From Candidatus Spyradenecus sp. (lineage in GTDB: Bacteria; Verrucomicrobiota; Verrucomicrobiia; Opitutales; UBA953), in the NCBI GenBank assembly GCA_045535075.1, contig JAZSKX010000005.1, positions 1 to 64,000 of the forward strand: a stretch of 64,000 nt of DNA. The letters run 5' to 3'. Below the pieces are notes generated by a model, which saw nothing but the letters and a program-made list of their open reading frames with translations, did not search any database and had not been told where the DNA came from. Below, piece by piece: positions 1-9,802 of the stretch. Each line of letters opens with the position of its first letter. Positions within the stretch are counted from its first letter, which is position 1. The position numbers and the translations under genes were made by a program.

Positions 1-450
1 GATCGAAAGCGTGCTCAAAAGGAACGTTACGATCGAGAACTGGAAAAACCAAAATGCCGCGTTCACGCGTTCCGGCGGGATAACCACCTTATTTTCCAAG
101 AACCAAAGCCCTATCGTTTCCGAAAGCAAAAGCAGGATAACCACCAACCCGAAGTAGATAAGTTGCGTAAGATTAAAGGTTTGTTTGAGCCGCTCGGTGT
201 TTTTTTGCCCGAGCTCAAAGTTGAAGAAACGGGAACACGATGCCGACATTGTTCCCGAAAGGAACGCGAACATCGTCACCACCCCGCCAATGACTGTCAC
301 CAAGCCGTAATCATCTGCGCCGAGAGCCTGAAGCAAAACACGCGTCGCGAAAATCCCCACAAAGGTCGTGAACGCCATCTTCACGTAGAGCATCAGCGTA
401 TTCTTGGCAATACGCTTGTTGTTCTCGGAAACTGTCGCTGCCTTCGGCAT
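1..450 (-). CDS. Wzx-like polysaccharide flippase (MATE/MOP superfamily), 5' part; runs off window start
   Basis: Manual translation from ATG at 450: MPKAATVSENNKRIAKNTLMLYVKMAFTTFVGIFATRVLLQALGADDYGL...RFFNFELG...ETIGLWFL...FQFSI, open to position 1; typical N-terminus of O-antigen/capsule flippases. Not in the ORF track. Confidence 0.85.
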   Translation of the reverse strand, partial: MPKAATVSENNKRIAKNTLMLYVKMAFTTFVGIFATRVLLQALGADDYGLVTVIGGVVTMFAFLSGTMSASCSRFFNFELGQKNTERLKQTFNLTQLIYFGLVVILLLLSETIGLWFLENKVVIPPERVNAAFWFFQFSIVTFLLSTLSI

Positions 451-460
451 GAAAGGAGAG

Positions 461-488
461 AGATTAGAGATTAAAGATTAGAAATTAG
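461..488. repeat. Degenerate heptamer tandem repeat (AGATTAG AGATTAA AGATTAG AAATTAG)
   Basis: Four 7-nt units read directly, between the regulator stop codon and the flippase start. Confidence 0.7.
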
Positions 489-1015
489 CGGACGACTCCA
501 TTGGTGTTTAAAAGCCCGTCGAGGAGCGGGAGGGCTTCGGCAAAGCGGGATTTCCAGAGTTGGAGTTCGGCGATGCGGGCGCGCGCAAACGCGGCATCGG
601 CGGCGGGAACGGCAGAACTTTTCCCGGCGGATTCTTCGGCTTGCGCGAGGCGGATGTCCGCTTTTTCCAGCGCGGGAACGAGGATTTCCTTCAAAAAGCC
701 TTGAACAAATTTCTTCAAATCCGTTTCCGCCGTGAAATAATCGCGGCGTTCCCCGATTTTGAGGCAAACCCGCGCCGCGCCCAACCGACGCAAAAACTGA
801 ATTGCTTCCACAACGGCCCCACGGGAAAGTTGCAATTTCGTTTGGAGTTCCGGCACGGAAAGCGGCTCGCGGGAACAATAAAGCGCACCATAAACCAAGG
901 CGACGGACTTACGAAAGCCGAACATCGCCGCCGCCCGCACAAACACATCGAGCACCGCCAATTCCCAAGCAGGAACGTTTTCGGCATCCGACAAAACTGC
1001 GCTTTCCGATTTCAT
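485..1015 (-). CDS. GbsR/MarR-family winged-helix transcriptional regulator
   Basis: FGFRKSVALVYGALYCSREPLSVPELQTKLQLSRGAV...GERRDYFTAETD matches the GbsR-type pattern. Confidence 0.8.
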   Translation of the reverse strand: MKSESAVLSDAENVPAWELAVLDVFVRAAAMFGFRKSVALVYGALYCSREPLSVPELQTKLQLSRGAVVEAIQFLRRLGAARVCLKIGERRDYFTAETDLKKFVQGFLKEILVPALEKADIRLAQAEESAGKSSAVPAADAAFARARIAELQLWKSRFAEALPLLDGLLNTNGVVR

Positions 1016-1254
1016 AAAGTTTTCGGAAGATTAAACTTTTATTTTCCAAATCTGTCAATTTTTAATGACACTTTTGAATGTTTGTAGTTTTTATTGCTTT
1101 TGAGAATTTGATTTAGGCGGCAGTTCAGGAAAGAAATCGACGTCTTTTTATTGAATAAAGCAAAGCGGAAATGCGGGCGGCGAAGATTTTAAAATTGCGT
1201 TCCCGTGAGGGAAAGCGTTGAATTGCCGAACATTTTTCAACGAAAGACAAAACT

Positions 1255-2250
1255 ATGGTATCCTATAAAGAACTCGGTTTGGTGAACACGAAGGAATTGT
1301 TCAAAAAGGCTCACGAAGGCCACTACGCGATTCCGGCGTTTAACTTCAACAACATGGAACAGATGCAGGCGATTATTCAGGCTTGCGTCGAAACCAAGTC
1401 TCCGGTGATCCTTCAGGTCTCCAGCGGCGCGCGTAAATACGCGAACCAGACGCTCCTCCGCTACATGGCGCAGGGCGCTTGCGAATACGCGAAGGAACTC
1501 GGCTTTGACGTTCCCGTCGTTCTCCACCTCGACCACGGCGACTCTTTCGAACTTTGCAAATCCTGCATCGAATACGGCTTCTCCTCCGTCATGATCGACG
1601 GTTCTTCGCTCCCGTTCGAAAAGAACGTGGAACTCGCCGCCAAGGTCGTTGAATACGCGCACAAATACGACGTTACCGTCGAAGGCGAACTCGGCGTTCT
1701 CGCGGGTATCGAAGACGAAGTTCAGCACGAACACTCCAACTACACGCAACCGGAAGAAGTCGAAGCCTTCGTGAAACAAACGGGCGTTGACTCCCTCGCG
1801 ATTTCCATCGGCACCTCGCACGGCGCTTACAAATTCACGCCGGAACAATGCACGGTTGACCCGGCAACGGGCCTTCTCGTTCCGCCGCCGCTGCGCTTTG
1901 ACATTCTCGAAGAAGTCGAAAAACGCATTCCGGGCTTCCCGATCGTTCTCCACGGTTCTTCCTCCGTTCCGCAGGAATATGTCAAGATCATCAACGAAAA
2001 CGGCGGCGCGCTCAAGGCGGCGGTCGGTATTCCGGAAGAACAGCTCCGCAAGGCGGCTTCTCTCGGCGTTGACAAGATCAACATCGACTCCGACGGACGT
2101 CTCGCGATGACGGCAGCTGTCCGCCAGGTCTTCACGAGCAAGCCGGCAGAATTTGACCCGCGCAAATACCTCGGGCCGGCTCGCGACGAGCTCAAGAAGC
2201 TCTACATGCACAAGATTAACAACGTTCTCGGCTCCGCCGGAAAAGCGTAA
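1255..2250 (+). CDS. fba: Class II fructose-1,6-bisphosphate aldolase
   Basis: AFNFNNME, LHLDHG, SVMIDGS, GTSHGAYK, VLHGSS, KINIDSD motifs. Confidence 0.97.
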   Translation: MVSYKELGLVNTKELFKKAHEGHYAIPAFNFNNMEQMQAIIQACVETKSPVILQVSSGARKYANQTLLRYMAQGACEYAKELGFDVPVVLHLDHGDSFELCKSCIEYGFSSVMIDGSSLPFEKNVELAAKVVEYAHKYDVTVEGELGVLAGIEDEVQHEHSNYTQPEEVEAFVKQTGVDSLAISIGTSHGAYKFTPEQCTVDPATGLLVPPPLRFDILEEVEKRIPGFPIVLHGSSSVPQEYVKIINENGGALKAAVGIPEEQLRKAASLGVDKINIDSDGRLAMTAAVRQVFTSKPAEFDPRKYLGPARDELKKLYMHKINNVLGSAGKA

Positions 2251-2257
2251 TCTTGAA

Positions 2258-2285
2258 AGCTTAGAGATTAAGGCTTAAAGCTTAA
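2258..2285. repeat. Heptamer tandem repeat (AGCTTAG AGATTAA GGCTTAA AGCTTAA)
   Basis: Four units right after the fba stop codon. Confidence 0.6.
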
Positions 2286-2323
2286 AAAGCGTTCCCGTGA
2301 GAAATTTGCGGGAACGCTTTTTT
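2284..2323 (+). terminator. Intrinsic terminator of fba formed by an inverted motif pair
   Basis: AAAAAGCGTTCCCGTGA-GAAAT-TTGCGGGAACGCTTTTTT; mismatches are G-U wobbles on the + strand. Confidence 0.9.
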
Positions 2324-2469
2324 ACTTGTGAAAATCTGTATTCCCGGAACCAAAAAAATCTCGCGCCGGGGAACGCTCCGTTTGTAGAATCAATTTCACT
2401 TGAGAAATATTTAATATCGGGAATTCCATCACCGCATTCCGCTTTGTCCTAATTATTTTTGATAGAATC

Positions 2470-3645
2470 ATGTCCGCATCCACCCGAACACGCTTGCCCT
2501 GCTCCCGTCCGGACGTTCCCGTGAGCATGCATCGGACACCGAGCGGACAAATCGGGCTGACGGTTTTCCTGTCGGGGAATTGGTCGATTGCAGACGGTCT
2601 TTCGGACGATCGAACACTTCGGGAAGCATTCGAGGCACTCGCACCCGGAACACGCGCGGAAACGCTGTGTTTTGATTGCTCGCAACTTTCCGATTACGAC
2701 TCAAGTTTGATTTGTTATATCATTCGTTGCGCGTCGTTTTGCTCCGAACACGGCATTCGGTTTGGGAAAGAAACGCTTCCGGGAAACGCGGAAAAGCTCT
2801 TTGAGCTTTCCGTCGCCAACCGCCGCGGGATCGAAATACCGTGGGAACACGATATGGCATTGCTCGCCGTTATCGGACGTTGGGGCGAACGCATGTTTGC
2901 CAATACGGATCGCGCCTTGAAATTTCTCGGGGAAACGGCACTTGCGCTCAAAAATCTCTTCTGCGGGAAAGCACGTTTCCGCCGGCGGGATTGCCTGTAT
3001 TTTATTCAGGATTGCGGCATCAACGCGCTCCCGATTATCACGCTGATTTCCTTCATCACGGGCATGATTCTCGCGTACATCGGCGCGATGCAACTCCGCC
3101 AATTCGGAGCGATTATTTACGTCGCAAGCCTGATTGCCATTGCGATGGTGCGGGAAATGGGCGTTATCATGACAAGTGTCATCATGTGCGGGCGCACGGG
3201 CTCCGCTTTCGCCGCACAAATCGGAAGTATGCAGGCAAGCGAAGAAATTTCGGCTCTGCGCGTGCTCGCCGTCAATCCCGTGGAATATTTGGTGCTCCCG
3301 CGAATTATTGCGCTTACGCTGATGATGCCGCTGCTCACGCTTTACTCAGATTTTGTCGGCATACTCGGCGGTTTTTTCGTCATGGGTTCCATGGATGTTA
3401 CGCTGGAACAATATTGGCGGCAAATCGCCCTCACGCTTGACATGAGCCACGTCCTTTCCGGAGTTATCAAAAGCGTTTTCTTCGGATTTATGGTTGCATG
3501 GGCCGGATGCTATCGCGGAATGGTCTCGGGGAAAAGCTCGCTGGCAGTCGGCGATGCCGCGACATCCGCCGCCGTGCTCGGCATGGTACTCATCGTTATC
3601 GGCGACGGCATTTTCGCCGTTCTTTTCAACGCAATCGGATTTTAA
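2470..3645 (+). CDS. MlaE-family ABC permease with N-terminal STAS-like domain
   Basis: REMGVIMTSVIMCGRTGSAFAAQIGSM...EEISAL, YLVLPR; N-terminal FDCSQLSDYDSS STAS-like segment. Confidence 0.9.
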   Translation: MSASTRTRLPCSRPDVPVSMHRTPSGQIGLTVFLSGNWSIADGLSDDRTLREAFEALAPGTRAETLCFDCSQLSDYDSSLICYIIRCASFCSEHGIRFGKETLPGNAEKLFELSVANRRGIEIPWEHDMALLAVIGRWGERMFANTDRALKFLGETALALKNLFCGKARFRRRDCLYFIQDCGINALPIITLISFITGMILAYIGAMQLRQFGAIIYVASLIAIAMVREMGVIMTSVIMCGRTGSAFAAQIGSMQASEEISALRVLAVNPVEYLVLPRIIALTLMMPLLTLYSDFVGILGGFFVMGSMDVTLEQYWRQIALTLDMSHVLSGVIKSVFFGFMVAWAGCYRGMVSGKSSLAVGDAATSAAVLGMVLIVIGDGIFAVLFNAIGF

Positions 3646-3649
3646 TCAC

Positions 3650-4405
3650 ATGGAAAAACTGCCTCCCATCGAAGTTTGCGACTTGAAAATGGCATACGGC
3701 GCGCATGTCGTCATGGAAGATTTAAACTTCCGGATTAACGCGGGAGAAATTTTCATCATCATGGGCGGTAGCGGTTGCGGGAAATCGACCTTGCTTCGTC
3801 ATCTTATCGGCCTACAAACGCCCGCCGCCGGAGAAATTCGCCTCTTCGGCGACGATCTCAATCGCAGTACTCCGCGGGAACGCGAAGCGTTGTTGCGTCG
3901 CTTCGGGGTCATGTATCAGGGCGGCGCGCTATGGTCTTCGATGACGCTCCTCGAAAACGTCATGCTTCCGCTCGAAGAATACACGCGTTTAAATTCGCGG
4001 GAACGCGCCGAGCTCGCGCGCTACAAACTTGCGCTCGTCGGGCTGCACGGCTTCGAAAATTATTACCCGGCGGAAATTTCTGGCGGCATGGCAAAGCGCG
4101 CATCGATTGCACGCGCCATTGCGCTCGACCCGGAAATTCTTTTTTTTGACGAACCGGGCGCCGGGCTGGATCCGCTCAGCTCCAAGCTTCTCGACGATCT
4201 GACACTAAACATCCGCGATTCCCTCGGCACAACCGTCGTCATCGTTACTCACGAGCTCAACAGTATTTTTGCAATCGGCGACCGCGCAATTTTTCTCGAC
4301 GCGTCCAAGAAAACCGTCGGAGCAATCGGCAATCCGCGGGAGCTCCGCGCCAATCCGCCCTCGCCTGCAATCCGTGAATTTCTCACCCGTGCGGGAACAC
4401 TGTAA
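3650..4405 (+). CDS. MlaF-like ABC transporter ATP-binding protein
   Basis: GGSGCGKST Walker A, ISGGM signature, FFDEP; start reassigned to ATG 3650 (MEKLPP). Confidence 0.92.
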   Translation: MEKLPPIEVCDLKMAYGAHVVMEDLNFRINAGEIFIIMGGSGCGKSTLLRHLIGLQTPAAGEIRLFGDDLNRSTPREREALLRRFGVMYQGGALWSSMTLLENVMLPLEEYTRLNSRERAELARYKLALVGLHGFENYYPAEISGGMAKRASIARAIALDPEILFFDEPGAGLDPLSSKLLDDLTLNIRDSLGTTVVIVTHELNSIFAIGDRAIFLDASKKTVGAIGNPRELRANPPSPAIREFLTRAGTL

Positions 4406-4424
4406 ATAAATTCAAACGACAAAT

Positions 4425-5417
4425 ATGAGTAAACCCGTTAATTATTCGCTCATCGGCATATTCGTTCTCGGCGCGATTGCGCTACTCATCGCGAGCATTA
4501 TCGCGTTCAGTTCGCTTACGTTTAATAAGAAATCCGTTCCGATGATTGTCTATCTGACGGATTCGCTCAACGGATTGAGCCTGAACTCCGACGTTAAATT
4601 TAAAGGCGTTAAGATCGGGAAAGTTCAGAAGATTCTTCTGAGCATCCAGGACAACGCACAATCCGTCCGCTCAATTCCGGTTGTCATCGAAATCGAAGAC
4701 CGATTCATGAACGGCGAAAACAACGCCGGAGAAATGCGCTTTCGCCTCGAAAAAAGTATTCAGCAGGGACTGCGAGCGCGCATTCAACAATCCAATCTGC
4801 TCACGGGAATACTCTACATCGAGTTGGATTATTTTCCCGGGACTCCTGCAATTTTGCGCGGGAACGGCGAAGGCGAATATCCGGAAATCCCGACTATTCC
4901 GTCGAACATGTCGCAAATGCTCAACTCGGTCGCCCAAATTCTTCAAAACCTCTCACAGGTTGATTTCAGGAATTTTTCCGAACGGCTCAAGGAAGCCGCC
5001 GACAGCCTGAACGCCAGCATTGATGCCATCGAATTTGAGAAAATAAACGACAACATCGTTCAAGCCAGCGAAGCGGCGAAAAAAATTCTCACCGATCCGC
5101 AACTCAGCCAAATCATCGACAATATCAACCGCATCACCCGGGACGTTTCGATGCTCTCCCAAAAAATCGAAACAAATTTCGATCCGATTCAAAAAGATTT
5201 TCACGCAACCACGGAAGAACTCCGCAGTTCGCTTGAACAAATAAATAAGACGATGCTTGCGTTCCGTTCCGCGATGACGGGAACGCACGGCTCCGTCGAG
5301 CAGGACTTCGCCGACGCGCTCGACCAAATCAACGAAGCGGCGCGCTCCGTCCGTGCCCTTTCCGATTATCTGCGCCGCCACCCGGACGCCGTCCTATTCG
5401 GCAACGACGAACAATAA
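4425..5417 (+). CDS. MlaD/PqiB-family MCE-domain protein
   Basis: N-terminal TM, GLSLNSDVKFKGVKIGKV, GLRARI...LLTGILYIELD, C-terminal helix ending YLRRHPDAVLFG. Confidence 0.9.
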   Translation: MSKPVNYSLIGIFVLGAIALLIASIIAFSSLTFNKKSVPMIVYLTDSLNGLSLNSDVKFKGVKIGKVQKILLSIQDNAQSVRSIPVVIEIEDRFMNGENNAGEMRFRLEKSIQQGLRARIQQSNLLTGILYIELDYFPGTPAILRGNGEGEYPEIPTIPSNMSQMLNSVAQILQNLSQVDFRNFSERLKEAADSLNASIDAIEFEKINDNIVQASEAAKKILTDPQLSQIIDNINRITRDVSMLSQKIETNFDPIQKDFHATTEELRSSLEQINKTMLAFRSAMTGTHGSVEQDFADALDQINEAARSVRALSDYLRRHPDAVLFGNDEQ

Positions 5418-5435
5418 TTTTACGCCCATCCGAAC

Positions 5436-5993
5436 ATGAAAAAAAATGCACTTCTTTTCGCACTGCTTCCCGCAGTCATTTTCTCCGCCTGCACGACACC
5501 AAGCGCACCGACAACCATGCGCTACACGCTCTCGCCGCTCGCCGCAGAAAACACCGCCGCCGCACCTGCCGTTCCCTTTGCCCGCATCGCCGTTCCCGCG
5601 TACATCGATACAGAGCAAATCGTAACCCGCAAAAGCGAAAACATCGTCATTCTCAACGAAACGCGCATTTGGGCAGAGCCGCTTGCACGCACAATTCAAC
5701 GCACGCTCCCGGTCCTGGTCTCCGGCAAGCTCCAAGGAAAAAAACTCCGAGACTTCGAAAAGATTTCCGTTTTCATCGACCGCCTCGACGGAACTCTCGG
5801 CGAAGCAATCACCGTCTCCGCCCAAATTATCGTGTCGCGACTGACGGAAACCGCGACCGAAAGCGAATCGATACGCTTCGCGCAACGCATTCCCGTTCCC
5901 GAAGCGGACGATGCTTACGCCGCCTACGCTCAAGCCATTTCAACCGCTGTCGCCGAGCTTGCCCAAGCCGTCGCCGACCAAGTTTCGGAATAA
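5436..5993 (+). CDS. PqiC-like ABC auxiliary lipoprotein
   Basis: Lipobox FSAC, VPAYID, WAEPL motif; follows the MCE gene. Confidence 0.85.
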   Translation: MKKNALLFALLPAVIFSACTTPSAPTTMRYTLSPLAAENTAAAPAVPFARIAVPAYIDTEQIVTRKSENIVILNETRIWAEPLARTIQRTLPVLVSGKLQGKKLRDFEKISVFIDRLDGTLGEAITVSAQIIVSRLTETATESESIRFAQRIPVPEADDAYAAYAQAISTAVAELAQAVADQVSE

Positions 5994-5999
5994 GCAATC

Positions 6000-6650
6000 G
6001 TGCCCCGAAAACACCGTTGCCTTCGATTTCTCGTTCCCGTGCTCGCAATTCTCATATTGCTTGCGGGAACGATTTTTGCCTGCAACAGCCTTGTTGCACA
6101 AAGTCGGGAATTCGTTTTTGAAAACCCGGAAGACATTCCCGTGATGCCGACGGCACTCGTCCTCGGAACCGCCCCGACGACACGCGACGGCGCAACCAAC
6201 ATTTATTTCGCCGCACGTATCGCCGCGACCAAAGCACTTTTTGACGCGGGAAAAATCGAGCGCATCCTCGTCTCCGGCGACAATCGTTCGCACGATTACA
6301 ACGAGCCGCAGGCAATGAAAGACGCCCTTGTCGCTCGCGGCGTTCCCGCAGAAAAAATCTACTGCGACTATGCAGGATTGCGCACGCTGGATTCCGTCGT
6401 CCGTGCAAAAGAAATTTTCGGACAGGAAAAAGTGGTTGTCGTTTCCCAAGCGTTTCACTGCGAACGTGCCGTATTTCTTGCGCGTTCCCGCGGCATCGAG
6501 GCTGTCGGATTCGTCGCCGCCAACAATCCGCCGCTTTTCTACAAAATCAAACTTTGGATGCGGGAACGCCTCGCACGCGTCGTCGCTGTTTCCGACATCA
6601 TTTTTATGCGTTCGCCCAAACATCTCGGCGATCCCGTATCCATAAACTAA
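6000..6650 (+). CDS. SanA/YdcF (DUF218) family protein
   Basis: ILVSGDN...YNEP, DYAGLRTLDSVVRAKEIFG, SQAFHCERA, RERLARV. Confidence 0.9.
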   Translation: MPRKHRCLRFLVPVLAILILLAGTIFACNSLVAQSREFVFENPEDIPVMPTALVLGTAPTTRDGATNIYFAARIAATKALFDAGKIERILVSGDNRSHDYNEPQAMKDALVARGVPAEKIYCDYAGLRTLDSVVRAKEIFGQEKVVVVSQAFHCERAVFLARSRGIEAVGFVAANNPPLFYKIKLWMRERLARVVAVSDIIFMRSPKHLGDPVSIN

Positions 6651-6692
6651 ATACACAAGTACCAACCCTCAACTTCAGAATTCCCGAACTTT

Positions 6693-7175
6693 ATGATTCA
6701 ACCTACACCGACAGACGATCCGAACATGCTCTACAGCACGGCAACCGGCGAAATTTGCCTCGATTTGCCCTCGCCCTACATCCCGCACAAGGAAACCGGG
6801 CTCCTGCATCTGCCGCGCTTTATCGCCAAAATCCGAAAGCATCTCGCCGGAAAACTCCCGAAATCTTACCAACGCAATTTCTGCAAAGGGTTCGACAGAT
6901 TTCTCTGCCTCCACCTCGGAATCGACCCGCAAAGCGTTGTCGAAGCCGTTCGTGAATGCGGCGACGATAATGCCGCGCTGGATGCCAAGTTGCTCGAAAT
7001 TTTCCCGAAAGATTTACGCGTTGCAAAATGGAATCGCGAATGCGTCCAAAAAGGAATGAGCGAAATGGGGAAAGAAGCCCTTGACGATGCCAAGCGGAAA
7101 ATGGATGCGCTCGATCGAACCGACATTATCTCCTTTGCGGACATGATTGACTTTGACGAACAACGCATCCCGTAA
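6693..7175 (+). CDS. Conserved hypothetical protein, DUF5069-like
   Basis: LPSPY...GLLHLPRFIAKIR...GFDRFLC.HLGI...IDFDE pattern, recognised from memory. Confidence 0.6.
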   Translation: MIQPTPTDDPNMLYSTATGEICLDLPSPYIPHKETGLLHLPRFIAKIRKHLAGKLPKSYQRNFCKGFDRFLCLHLGIDPQSVVEAVRECGDDNAALDAKLLEIFPKDLRVAKWNRECVQKGMSEMGKEALDDAKRKMDALDRTDIISFADMIDFDEQRIP

Positions 7176-7280
7176 AAAATTGAACAAGTTGACGACTTTC
7201 CTCGGGAAAGCGGCTTCCGTTTCATGCGAAAATTTAATCGCGGGAACGCTTTCCCAAGGAGAAATCGGCGCAACGTCACC

Positions 7281-8354
7281 TCAAGCCCCGGCACTTTCGC
7301 AATTCGGACGCGCGATAATCCCGGGGAAAGGCTCTTCGGGGAAGAGCAGATCCGAGCGATTGCCCGCAATCAAAAAACGCTCGGCAATTTTCAGAATTTC
7401 GAGCGGAGTTCCAGCCCGCCGCGCGGCGTAAAGAAATGCGCCTTCCGCGTCCACGCCCGTTCCGATAAAATTTAAAAATTTTTTCATTCGTGCGGCGACG
7501 CGTTCAGGTTTGTCTCCGGGAAGAGCGACACATTTTTCCAGCGCGCAAATATACTCAAACACGTCGCCGAGGCGCGGCTTGAAAATATCATTCCGCCCTT
7601 CCCGTGCTTCGCGCAAACTTCGGAAAATCCAGGGATTACGAATCGCGTGGCGCCCGATCATCCAACCGGCACACTGCGTTTTTTCTCGCACGCGAAATGC
7701 TTTTCCGACGGAAGAAATTTCTCCGTTCGCAATCACCGGACAAGCGGATTCCCTTACGGCAAAAGCGATTGCGTCATAATCAACCGGCGTGCGATAGAGC
7801 CCGCGCACCGTACGCCCGTGAACGGCAAGCAGATCGACGCGGTTTTCCCGAATCAGCTCCAACAAGCGCGGGAACGGAGTCGCATCCTCGAATCCGACGC
7901 GACATTTCACGGTAAACATTTTTCCGAACTCCGAGCAGAGCTCCCGCAGCGCAACGAGAATTTTTTCAATTTTCGGTAAATCTCGGAGTAATCCGCCGCC
8001 GACATTTTTTTTGAAAACTTTCGGAGCCGGGCAGCCAAGATTCAAATCAATTCCTGCAATCCCGAAACGACTCAATGCCTGCCGCGCGATACGCACGAGA
8101 GCCGGAACATCTTCGCCGATCAGCTGAAGAAACAACGGCGTTCCCGCAGGTGAATTTTCGAGGCAATCGACAATATCCTCATCAATGAGCGAAGTTGAAT
8201 GTACCCGCAAAAATTCCGTAACAAAATAATCGGGCGTGCTTCGAAGCGTTCCCGCAAGCAAGCGCATGAACGGAAGAGTTGTAACGTCCTGCATCGGAGC
8301 AAGCGAAGTCACGGGAACGCCGCTTGCGAAAGCCTCGTCAAGAGCCGCCATCAC
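7281..8354 (-). CDS. tRNA-dihydrouridine synthase (Dus family)
   Basis: LAPM, IDLNLGCP, GGGLL, VHGRT, VIANGEI, MIGR...NPWIF. Confidence 0.92.
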   Translation of the reverse strand: MMAALDEAFASGVPVTSLAPMQDVTTLPFMRLLAGTLRSTPDYFVTEFLRVHSTSLIDEDIVDCLENSPAGTPLFLQLIGEDVPALVRIARQALSRFGIAGIDLNLGCPAPKVFKKNVGGGLLRDLPKIEKILVALRELCSEFGKMFTVKCRVGFEDATPFPRLLELIRENRVDLLAVHGRTVRGLYRTPVDYDAIAFAVRESACPVIANGEISSVGKAFRVREKTQCAGWMIGRHAIRNPWIFRSLREAREGRNDIFKPRLGDVFEYICALEKCVALPGDKPERVAARMKKFLNFIGTGVDAEGAFLYAARRAGTPLEILKIAERFLIAGNRSDLLFPEEPFPGIIARPNCESAGA

Positions 8355-8824
8355 GCGGCAAAGCCTTTGTTTTTACTTTCCCGTTTTTGCGCACGTTTGA
8401 ACAACGGCGTTACATCTTCCGCCGCCTCGTAAACCTTACGGGAAATAAACACGTTCGCCCGCCACAAAAAGGACTGCACGATCGCATCCGAAGGGCGAGC
8501 ATCTACCTCAAGGCGTTTGGTACCGAGCTCATTTTGCATCACATAAACCAAGCGCGCGAAATACACTCCGTCACGATAATCCGTGATGAAAACAGCCTCC
8601 AAGCGAATCTCAAATCCAAGGCAAACGGCGTGAAGCAACTCGTAAGTTTGCGGACGCGGGAACGGTTTTCCCTGCATGGCGCGCGCCGAGATTTCCGCAA
8701 AGGCGGCATCCGTTTGCATAAGCAAAATTTTTCCTTCGCAAACAAGAAAGACCGCTGTCGAATCTTTCATCGGGCAAACGCTTACGTGCCTCAACTCGAC
8801 GAAATCCTTGTCCATGAAAATCAA
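8351..8824 (-). CDS. Bifunctional nuclease family protein (DUF151)
   Basis: RPQTYELL, GVYFARL, VDARPSDAI; 4-nt overlap with dus. Confidence 0.88.
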   Translation of the reverse strand: MIFMDKDFVELRHVSVCPMKDSTAVFLVCEGKILLMQTDAAFAEISARAMQGKPFPRPQTYELLHAVCLGFEIRLEAVFITDYRDGVYFARLVYVMQNELGTKRLEVDARPSDAIVQSFLWRANVFISRKVYEAAEDVTPLFKRAQKRESKNKGFAA

Positions 8825-8836
8825 AATTCAAAAAAC

Positions 8837-9724
8837 TCAAACGCGGCGGCGACCACTCGGCTTGCGTTCGTTCTTTTTGTCGTTTTTGTTCCCGCGCGTC
8901 TTCTTCCCGTCATCGTCTTTCGGCGGCGGCGGCTTCGGAACCACGTTTGCCTGACGGAAATCAAGGCGGATTGTTCCGTCTTCGCCGGCTTTTTGCGACG
9001 GCATGACAAAGAGCACGGATCGCGTCATCTCACGAAACGTTCCGGAATTTGCATAAATAACTTTCCATCCGTTCGCTTCCTTCGCAGAAGGCACGGCGGC
9101 GCGAATATTCATGACGGTTCGGGATTTTACCGGTTTCGTAATCCACTGGCCGCCGCTCGGCAATTCCACAACCTGCGGCGGCATTGTCGCCGTCTCGCCT
9201 TTTTTCGCTTTCGGGGCAAGCCCGAACTGAATCGGCGTCTTTGTCATATTCAAAACCATCATCGACCCGACGGGGAATTTTTTTTCGTCGAAATTAAAAA
9301 CAATCGGTTTTGCGCTCAAAAGATTTCCCGGAATCAACACGCCAACGTCCCGCAAACCTGCGGGAATACTGATTTTCGCGTAGGGAACATATTCCAAATC
9401 CGCGCCGCGAACACCCTGCTCTTTGCGCTGGAGCATTTCCTGCTCACTCGCCTTTCGGTAAAGCACGAAAGGAAGCGGACCGCGATATTCGTATGCACGG
9501 ACAAACGCCATCACCGTAATAAAAAACGGTTTATACTCGCGCCCGACTTTATAAAAAAGCGCTTCCGTATTTTTAGCGGAATCCGGGCTGGCGTACGAAC
9601 AACGCAAAACTACGGAAACGTTTTCGGATTCTTCGACGCTTGTGCGTTGCTGGGCATCGGCCTCAACGACCGTTCCCGTAAAAGCGAGTAAACAGGCGGC
9701 AAAAAGGGAAATGTGCTTTAACAT
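8837..9724 (-). CDS. Hypothetical secreted protein with Pro-rich and basic C-terminus
   Basis: Signal-peptide-like N-terminus; 295-aa ORF co-oriented with neighbours. Confidence 0.7.
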   Translation of the reverse strand: MLKHISLFAACLLAFTGTVVEADAQQRTSVEESENVSVVLRCSYASPDSAKNTEALFYKVGREYKPFFITVMAFVRAYEYRGPLPFVLYRKASEQEMLQRKEQGVRGADLEYVPYAKISIPAGLRDVGVLIPGNLLSAKPIVFNFDEKKFPVGSMMVLNMTKTPIQFGLAPKAKKGETATMPPQVVELPSGGQWITKPVKSRTVMNIRAAVPSAKEANGWKVIYANSGTFREMTRSVLFVMPSQKAGEDGTIRLDFRQANVVPKPPPPKDDDGKKTRGNKNDKKNERKPSGRRRV

Positions 9725-9802
9725 ATTGCTAGGGGATTCGATTTTCCAAGTCTACGCACCGTCCCGACAGCGGGCAAGGACGAAAACGGCAACGTTTCCG
9801 TG

